This document shows, one piece after another, positions 8,943 to 15,304 of a stretch of 26,925 bases of DNA. The stretch comes from Candidatus Heimdallarchaeota archaeon. GTDB lineage: Archaea; Asgardarchaeota; Heimdallarchaeia; Heimdallarchaeales; Heimdallarchaeaceae. The translations under genes were made by a program, and so were the position numbers. The stretch covers positions 1-26,925 of the forward strand of contig JAEOSZ010000054.1 of the NCBI GenBank assembly GCA_016840095.1, given 5' to 3'. The notes below the pieces were generated by a model. It did not search any database, was not told where the DNA came from, and was given only the letters and a program-made list of their open reading frames with translations. Every line of letters starts with the position of its first letter. The stretch's first letter is position 1.

Positions 8943-9051
8943 GCCTCAATGGTGTAGCTCGGCCAATCATTGCGGACTTTCACATGAGAAAGTCCGCGTG
9001 ACTAAGCAGGAATATCCGCAGACCCGGGTTCAAATCCCGGTTGAGGCACCA
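8943..9051 (+). tRNA. tRNA-Glu (anticodon TTC) with a 31-nt intron in the anticodon loop, CCA encoded
   Basis: GCCTCAA/TTGAGGC acceptor stem; Glu-type D arm GGTGTAGCTCGGCCAATCAT; GCGGA-CT TTC A...TCCGC anticodon arm with 31 extra nt (8984-9014, or 8983-9013); CCGGG-TTCAAAT-CCCGG T arm; ACCA. Confidence 0.92.
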
Positions 9052-9114
9052 AATTTTTTCTAGTCTTTAAGCCTCTAGATTAACATTTATTAGAGTTTAA
9101 GCATTTCGAAACCC

Positions 9115-9579
9115 ATGCTTAGTTATCGATTAGCAACAATAGATGATATTGATGATTTAGTATCTTTAAGAATTATTTTCTTACAAGAAGCTGAAGATAT
9201 AAACCCATCAACACCAATGGATGAGTTGAAAATATCACTATATAACTACTTCAAAGAAAAGATATCTAGCAATTTGTTTGTATCTTGGCTAGCTTTTGAT
9301 GAAGAAAAAATCGTTGCAACTAGCGGTATGTCATTTCATATTGTACCCCCTTCGCACGGAAACTTAACAGGAGAAGAAGCTTATCTTATGAATATGTATA
9401 CTCTTCCTGAATATAGAAAACAAGGAATTGGCGGAGAAATATTAAATAGAACAATAGAAGAAGCATGGAAAAGAGATATTAGAAAAATCAGACTGAATGC
9501 AACAGCTATAGGTCGATCTTTATATGAAAAGAGAGGGTTCAAAGAAGAAACCAGTGCACTGGTTTTACGAAAGACGTAA
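9115..9579 (+). CDS. GNAT family N-acetyltransferase
   Basis: YRLATIDDI; acetyl-CoA motif NMYTLPEYRKQGIG; LNATAIGRSLYEKRGF. Confidence 0.92.
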   Translation: MLSYRLATIDDIDDLVSLRIIFLQEAEDINPSTPMDELKISLYNYFKEKISSNLFVSWLAFDEEKIVATSGMSFHIVPPSHGNLTGEEAYLMNMYTLPEYRKQGIGGEILNRTIEEAWKRDIRKIRLNATAIGRSLYEKRGFKEETSALVLRKT

Positions 9580-9653
9580 ACAAGCACACCCAAGAATAAA
9601 TTTAAAAAATAACAACTGCTGATTTTATTGACCAAGCTTTTTCTTAAGTTTAG

Positions 9654-9738
9654 GCGGGGATTGCCGAGTGGTCAAAGGCGCTGGACTTAGGATCCAGTCC
9701 TTAGTGGTTCGGGAGTTCGAATCTCCCTCCCCGCACCA
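9654..9738 (+). tRNA. tRNA-Leu (anticodon TAG), CCA encoded
   Basis: GCGGGGA/TCCCCGC acceptor stem; TTGCCGAGTGGTCAAAGGC D arm; CTGGA-CT TAG GA-TCCAG anticodon arm; long variable arm; GGGAG-TTCGAAT-CTCCC T arm; ACCA. Confidence 0.96.
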
Positions 9739-9901
9739 AATTATTGATTTCATTCGGTGAAGCCATTTATAAATTCAGTTGCAATTTTGTGTCGCCAGCC
9801 AACACTCATTCCAAGTCCGCTGCTTATTTTGTTCACTTTCAACACACTCTGTCTGTTTTTCTTAAATAGAGCGAAACTAATGTTATATTGGGTTCATCAT
9901 C

Positions 9902-10363
9902 GTGTCATCGTATTCTCTTGTGCAAGAAAAAATACTAGAATTGGGGGTCGTATCTGTAAAATTCGATTTACGTTTAGGACCTGTAGTTTTACATAATCAC
10001 TCTTCATTATCTGAAGAATTACTAATGAGATTAGCAATCAAAGGAACATCTTCCTTAATGAATGGACTTCCTTACAACTACAATAATTCTAGACGATTTA
10101 GAGGTCTGCTTCAACTATCAGAAGATTATTTCGTATATGGTTTTGATTTAGTGCTTATTGATGATAATAGTGATGAAGGAGATTTTTCACCTATAATTGT
10201 CTTTTTAGTTTTCCCAACTAGTTACTTACCTCTTATAGGATCAAATATTCGTTCAATTGAAAGTTCGATGTACCAATCAACTCAATCCTTTCTAACTCTG
10301 TCGCATCTGAATCCTGACTTTGGAATAGGTTTAGCAACTTCTGTTCAAGACATCTTAAATTAG
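9902..10363 (+). CDS. putative uDENN/longin-like domain protein
   Basis: GVVSVKFDLRLGPVVL matches the hhhxxFDxxxGPxh N-terminal signature of uDENN/NPRL2-type longins. The apparent order is beta-beta-alpha-beta-beta-beta-alpha. GTG start. Confidence 0.6.
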   Translation: MSSYSLVQEKILELGVVSVKFDLRLGPVVLHNHSSLSEELLMRLAIKGTSSLMNGLPYNYNNSRRFRGLLQLSEDYFVYGFDLVLIDDNSDEGDFSPIIVFLVFPTSYLPLIGSNIRSIESSMYQSTQSFLTLSHLNPDFGIGLATSVQDILN

Positions 10364-10499
10364 TTTAATCACTCTATTTTTCTTTTATTATCAGGAAATT
10401 AGTTGAAAAAAAGAACTTGATACATGTTTGCGGAATAAGGTAAATAATAAATAACCGAATTAGCTATACTGATGATAGCAACATAAAAAGTTGATTTTA

Positions 10500-12752
10500 A
10501 TGAGTAAAGAAGAATATGTAGAACCAACTACAAAGAAAAAATGGAGCTTTTGGGGGATTGGGTTACTAATATTTACAGCATTCTTCATAGGATTAATGTT
10601 TCTTCTCGAAGCTGTAGTTCAGCCTAGAGAGAGCTTAACTGCAACTATACTAGCTTATGTTTTAGGCATTGTAATTCTTGCAGTATTTGCAATATTAGTA
10701 AGAGACAAAGGGAGAGTGTCTCTCTCTGTACCAATTCTACTAATAATAGTATTTGGATCAGGTTATCTATTTAACTATGTAATAGAGGCCCCGGTGTATA
10801 ATCCATTTGCTCCTATTTCAGAACGAACTGAACCAATTCTTGGTACAATATATGCTCTGAATGAAACGAATCCCGACATGTTTGCAAATGGTACTTTAGA
10901 GCAAATAGAAAAATATAGTAAATTTGCATTTGTCGGTGATCTGGCATTGGGCTTACCCATGTTCTTTTTTGGAACCTTAGGTTTGACTTGGGTAGTACAG
11001 ATATTTACGACGGTACCAAAAATCATGACGATTTTCGAATCGATATTTGCTGCACTATTTATTATTCTAGGTTTGATACTAACGCCAATAATACACCTAA
11101 CCTTAGCAGGAGCGGTGGTTGTGGGGACAGATCTAGCACCAGGAGCAATGATACTAGTAGATGCATTCAATGTTCTTTTCAATGAGACTGCAACCCCTGC
11201 AGAAAGACAGGCGGCTATAGATAGTTTATACAACGCGTCTACGTATTTCAACCAGACGGCGGAGACATTGGAAAGTTTGCAAAGTGCAGGTCTAATAAAA
11301 ATGGTAGGTTTTATTCCATTCCTTGGATCAATACTTGCTAATGCCTATTGGGCGTCATTGGCTCTTTCACAAATTTCTCAAGGGATAGGTCCTTTTACGG
11401 AAGGACTGTTTTCTATTATGGGTAGTATTGAAAGTTTCAGTGAAGTTTTTAATGGAACGTTCTCTGTTAAAGCTGCACCTGATGGTAGCGAAACTGCTCA
11501 AATAAATGCGGTAAATGAAACAGCATTCAATGAAGCAATTGACGAAATAAGAGTAGGTGTAGATTTTATTAGTGATAACATATATCTGATTGAAGAAGCC
11601 CTCGTAAGTTTGGAAAATGTTTCAGTAGATGATTTGAGAAACGATTTACTTTGGTTAGATTGGGCACTTCCTGACACTGCAATTGATGCAATTAATACTT
11701 ATGCAGATTTGGCTAATTTGTATCTTCAAGATATTCTAGACCTAATAAGCGGTGTAACAATACTCTTGACTAAACCTACAGGAAGTACAGATGCAACACT
11801 AGTACACTTCTTCCTTGGATGGATAAATGTTCTATTTGCTGGAACATCTATTGGAGAAATAACAGCATTTAATGGAACATTAGAAAATTTTGATTATGCA
11901 TATGGTAACTTTTCAATAGTTGATACAGAATTAAGTGCTCCAGAAGTCCAAGATATTATAACAAGGGTAGGTGGAAACATCACAATTGGAAAAGACTTTC
12001 TAGGTCTGACATACGATTTAACTCAAGTAGGAATACCATTTTCGACTTTAGGTCAAAATCTAGCTACTGGTTTTACTGATATGGAGGGCATCCTAGACAT
12101 ATTCGAATCGACTGATTATCAAAACATTTCAGATTATCAATCAGTTTTGGATGACACTGCTGCTATTAATGTCACTTTAACTAGTATTGAAGTTGATGCT
12201 ATCGCAGTAAATGATTCTGCAACTATTGTATACAACAAAGCACAAACAGATGGTTATGGATTCTTGAGTGAATTTGCATTAGGATTTTCAGAAACTATGA
12301 TACAATTTGATATGATTAATTCGATAGCTAACACTAAGTATATTGCGAATGCTATGTATTTTATGATATACTCTCTGCGAGAACTAAGTTATACCTATGC
12401 TAATGTTACGGAAGCTGAAGCAAACTTTACAATACTTGACTACGTTGCAGCAGAAAATAATCTCATAGCCGCTAATGCATCTATGTTTTATTCAATATCT
12501 AATATGACACAATCAATTTCCTACATGAACGACGCTATTGCAACTGGTATGACACAACTTGTATCTCCAAGAGATTCTCTTGTAATAATTAGAGATTCCT
12601 TGATTACTATTGATCCAGAATTTGCTACCTTACTTGGTATACTAGCACTACCCGATCCATCAACACAGGCAGCACTATTTGTATCAACTATTAGCAATAT
12701 TTTCTCAATACTAAACGATGTTAATACAGAACTTCAATCTATGAGTCTATAA
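10500..12752 (+). CDS. large membrane protein of unknown function: ~5 N-terminal TM helices and a long acidic, helical extracellular domain
   Basis: Five hydrophobic segments in the first ~215 aa and 18 N-x-S/T sequons by my count. ATG 10500 (MSKEEY) is preferred over TTG 10491. Confidence 0.8.
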   Translation: MSKEEYVEPTTKKKWSFWGIGLLIFTAFFIGLMFLLEAVVQPRESLTATILAYVLGIVILAVFAILVRDKGRVSLSVPILLIIVFGSGYLFNYVIEAPVYNPFAPISERTEPILGTIYALNETNPDMFANGTLEQIEKYSKFAFVGDLALGLPMFFFGTLGLTWVVQIFTTVPKIMTIFESIFAALFIILGLILTPIIHLTLAGAVVVGTDLAPGAMILVDAFNVLFNETATPAERQAAIDSLYNASTYFNQTAETLESLQSAGLIKMVGFIPFLGSILANAYWASLALSQISQGIGPFTEGLFSIMGSIESFSEVFNGTFSVKAAPDGSETAQINAVNETAFNEAIDEIRVGVDFISDNIYLIEEALVSLENVSVDDLRNDLLWLDWALPDTAIDAINTYADLANLYLQDILDLISGVTILLTKPTGSTDATLVHFFLGWINVLFAGTSIGEITAFNGTLENFDYAYGNFSIVDTELSAPEVQDIITRVGGNITIGKDFLGLTYDLTQVGIPFSTLGQNLATGFTDMEGILDIFESTDYQNISDYQSVLDDTAAINVTLTSIEVDAIAVNDSATIVYNKAQTDGYGFLSEFALGFSETMIQFDMINSIANTKYIANAMYFMIYSLRELSYTYANVTEAEANFTILDYVAAENNLIAANASMFYSISNMTQSISYMNDAIATGMTQLVSPRDSLVIIRDSLITIDPEFATLLGILALPDPSTQAALFVSTISNIFSILNDVNTELQSMSL

Positions 12753-12773
12753 AACATAGTCTCATTTACTATC

Positions 12774-12783
12774 TTTTTTTTTT
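12774..12783 (+). terminator. oligo-T archaeal-type terminator
   Basis: T10 run about 20 nt after the stop at 12752. Confidence 0.55.
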
Positions 12784-12888
12784 CTTCCAAATTCTCCCGA
12801 CAAAAAGCTATTTGTATCATTGCCTAAAGAGAATAACTTTTTATTAAAAATTGAGCTATAAGATTAGAATTGTAAAAAGGGTACTACT

Positions 12889-14196
12889 ATGAGTCCAAGC
12901 AATGTTTTTCTAGGATACGATCATAGCAAAGGAGATTTTCAAGAATTAACAGATTCAACTAAATATCAATCGATAATTGAAGGAGATTTAGCTGATATTT
13001 CAAGACATTTATCTTCTTTAGGTTTAGATGGTCTTTTAATTTTTCAACGTGAGAAGGAAGAATGGCATTTAATTTTTGGTAGCCATTTAGGACTTGTTGC
13101 ACAACGAACAGGTCGAAGAATCGCCGATACTATCAGTAGATCAGGTTTTATGCTTGCATCAGGAGAGAGGACAGGCAGTGGTTGCAGAATGGAACAAATC
13201 ACCGAAGACAATATTGGTGATTTACACAAGACAGTGCAAGAGAAGTATATCGATACAGATCTTGGTGGTTTCCAAGGAGACTCAAGACAAGATTCGTTCC
13301 CAAAGAAAGTATTTGCACAAGATGTTCCTCCAGCTAAGGGTGTTTTCGAAGAAACTCCAAAAGTTGAAGACCAAAAATTACCAACACCTCAAGAGGTCTA
13401 TGAACCAAAACCAATTGTTGAACCAACACATGAACCAGCAATGGAACCTGTTGTTGAACCTGAGCCAGAACCAGAGCCTCAAACTGTTGTTTTTTCTGAA
13501 CCTAAACCTGTTGTTGAACCTCCAGTTAAAACTTTTGTTGAGCCTGTTGTCGAACCTGTGCCAGAACCTGTTGCTGAACCGGTTGTCGAAGATGTCGTTG
13601 AACCTGAACCAGAACCTGAAGTAGAGAAAACAATCGAAGACACAGTAAAAGATGTTGTCGAAGATGTCGTTGAAGATGTTGTTGAACAGGTTACTGAAGC
13701 AGTAGCAGAAGGTGTAGCAGCAGAAATATCTGACGAACAAGTAGCTGGAATAGTTAAAGAAGCAATCGAAGAAAAGACTGAAGAAATCATAGACAAAGTG
13801 GTTGAAGAAGTTTCTGAAGAAGTACTAGAAGAAGTAGTTGAAGAAGTTGAAGAAGCTGTCGAAGAAGTACTTGATAAGGAAGAAACAATCGCTGAAGCTG
13901 TTGAGGAAGTAGTCGAAGAAATTGTTGAAGAGATTGTCGAAGAAGTTACAGAAGCTGTTGAAGAAATCGTTGAAGATGTCGTTGAAGATGTCGTTGAAGA
14001 TGTCCTTGAGAAGACAGAAGGAATTAGCGAAGAAGCCGCAGAAGAAATAGCTGAAGAAGTTGTAGAAAAAGTTGTAGAGGAAGTAACTGAAGAAGCTGTT
14101 ACAGAAGCTGTGGAAGAAAAAGTTGAAGAAATCGCTGAAGCTGTCGAAGATGCAATTGAAACAGAAGTAGAAAAAGAATCTGAGGATTCTTACTAA
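12889..14196 (+). CDS. protein with a ~120-aa globular (possibly gelsolin-like) N-domain, a Pro/Glu-rich linker and a long Glu/Val-rich acidic tail
   Basis: 435-aa ATG ORF with consistent GAA/GTT codon use. EPEPEP and VVEP repeats are followed by EEVVEE-type repeats. Confidence 0.85.
   Translation: MSPSNVFLGYDHSKGDFQELTDSTKYQSIIEGDLADISRHLSSLGLDGLLIFQREKEEWHLIFGSHLGLVAQRTGRRIADTISRSGFMLASGERTGSGCRMEQITEDNIGDLHKTVQEKYIDTDLGGFQGDSRQDSFPKKVFAQDVPPAKGVFEETPKVEDQKLPTPQEVYEPKPIVEPTHEPAMEPVVEPEPEPEPQTVVFSEPKPVVEPPVKTFVEPVVEPVPEPVAEPVVEDVVEPEPEPEVEKTIEDTVKDVVEDVVEDVVEQVTEAVAEGVAAEISDEQVAGIVKEAIEEKTEEIIDKVVEEVSEEVLEEVVEEVEEAVEEVLDKEETIAEAVEEVVEEIVEEIVEEVTEAVEEIVEDVVEDVVEDVLEKTEGISEEAAEEIAEEVVEKVVEEVTEEAVTEAVEEKVEEIAEAVEDAIETEVEKESEDSY
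13969..14004 (+). repeat. in-frame 12-bp tandem repeat (GTTGAAGATGTC)x3 encoding VEDV
   Basis: Three exact copies here; degenerate copies at ~13585-13602 and ~13651-13686. Confidence 0.85.
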
Positions 14197-14204
14197 TTCT
14201 ATTC

Positions 14205-14232
14205 TTTTTTTTTATTATTTTATTTTTCTTTT
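14205..14232 (+). terminator. T-rich terminator
   Basis: T9 plus further T tracts immediately after the stop at 14196. Confidence 0.55.
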
Positions 14233-14269
14233 CAAAAATCATTTATAGAGAGAAAAGACATTACTCATA

Positions 14270-15292
14270 ATGTCTAATCATATACTGACAATTCTTGCTG
14301 GTGGTTACTCAAGAAGATTTCAAAAGAAGGATGGTAAATGGTTAGATAAAGCACTACTATATATTAGAGATAAACCTCTTTTGATACATCTAGTCGAACA
14401 AGGACTAGAAAAATATGACAATATCAATGTTTCAGTGAATTCAAGTTCTAGAAAGAATGATTATGAAAAAATAGTAAAACAGTACTTGCCTGATATCAAA
14501 ATAGATTTTACTATAGACTTGAAGGAAACAGCTCTAGATGGGGTTTTAAAAGGAATTTACTCAACTTTGATACAATATACAAATTCTATTATTCAGTTTA
14601 TTCCATCAGATCGACCTTATCTTAACTTAGGAATTTTGAAAGGAATGAGAGTTGAGAAAAAGGGAGTAAGTCTTCTCCAATATGAAAATGGTATGATTGA
14701 ACCTTTACTTGCTTTGTATGGTCAAACAATTATATTTCCAAATAACTTTGCTCAGATTTCATTGTCGAGAGCAGATGTTCCAATTAGATTATCTAACAAA
14801 ATTCAAGCTTACAGCATAGATGAAATTCTTGATAAGAACAAATTATCTTCAAGTATTTTCACAAACGTGAATGTACAAACTGATATTGATAGTAGAGCAT
14901 CAAAATATTCCATTTCAAATACAATTGATATTCCTAAACCAACTATAATCAGTAGGGAAAGTATAGATTTGTCATTTGATAGAAGCCAATATCCAAGGAA
15001 AAACAGATTCTTGAAAGAACTTATAGATATTGAGAATTACTATTCAGCGTTTTTGATGTCGTCCAACTTTTGGAGGCAGAAAGAAATTTCTACTGAAGAA
15101 TACAAGGAATTTGGAGTTAAATCTTTGAAGAAGGAACACGAATTTTGGGTTAATTGTGGGATGCCTTTCTTAGCTCTTCATTCTCTAGATGACCTTGTGA
15201 AGTTTTTTCCCGATGAAAGAAAATCTGACACTATTAAAGAAATGGAAGAATTAAGAAGAAAAATGGAAATTAAACCTAGAAGGATAGAGTAA
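14270..15292 (+). CDS. mobA: MobA-like Mo/W-cofactor guanylyltransferase (NTP-transferase) with C-terminal extension
   Basis: Motifs ILAGGYSRRF, DKALL, SDRPYL, IEPLLALY and FTNVN, plus ~135 extra C-terminal residues. It lies tail-to-tail with the formate dehydrogenase gene. Confidence 0.75.
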   Translation: MSNHILTILAGGYSRRFQKKDGKWLDKALLYIRDKPLLIHLVEQGLEKYDNINVSVNSSSRKNDYEKIVKQYLPDIKIDFTIDLKETALDGVLKGIYSTLIQYTNSIIQFIPSDRPYLNLGILKGMRVEKKGVSLLQYENGMIEPLLALYGQTIIFPNNFAQISLSRADVPIRLSNKIQAYSIDEILDKNKLSSSIFTNVNVQTDIDSRASKYSISNTIDIPKPTIISRESIDLSFDRSQYPRKNRFLKELIDIENYYSAFLMSSNFWRQKEISTEEYKEFGVKSLKKEHEFWVNCGMPFLALHSLDDLVKFFPDERKSDTIKEMEELRRKMEIKPRRIE

Positions 15293-15304
15293 TCTTCTAG
15301 GATA

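Noticed and set aside
8972-8997. Reading the 10-bp hairpin with loop ACATGA as a Met (CAT) anticodon arm
   Set aside because: The geometry is wrong (10-bp stem, 6-nt loop, no U33), and the acceptor stem and D arm are Glu-type.
5182-9738. Integrated element bounded by the tRNA genes
   Set aside because: No integrase or transposase, no duplicated tRNA 3' end, and no visible composition shift.
9790-9830. GC-richer intergenic patch containing AAGTCCGC, also complementary to the tRNA-Glu anticodon arm, considered as a C/D guide RNA
   Set aside because: Only an 8-nt match, with no adjacent CTGA or RTGATGA boxes; compatible with chance.
13044-13796. ORFs 13044..13229, 13094..13624 (Leu/Asn-rich), 13378..13740 (Phe/Arg-rich) and 13479..13796 (Ser/Thr-rich, mucin-like)
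   Set aside because: They are alternative-frame or antisense by-products of the stop-poor GAA/GTT/CCA repeats in the 435-aa gene.
13440-14160. Repetitive DNA considered as a CRISPR array or mobile repeat
   Set aside because: The repeats are short, in frame, degenerate at third codon positions and have no unique spacers, so they are coding low-complexity sequence.
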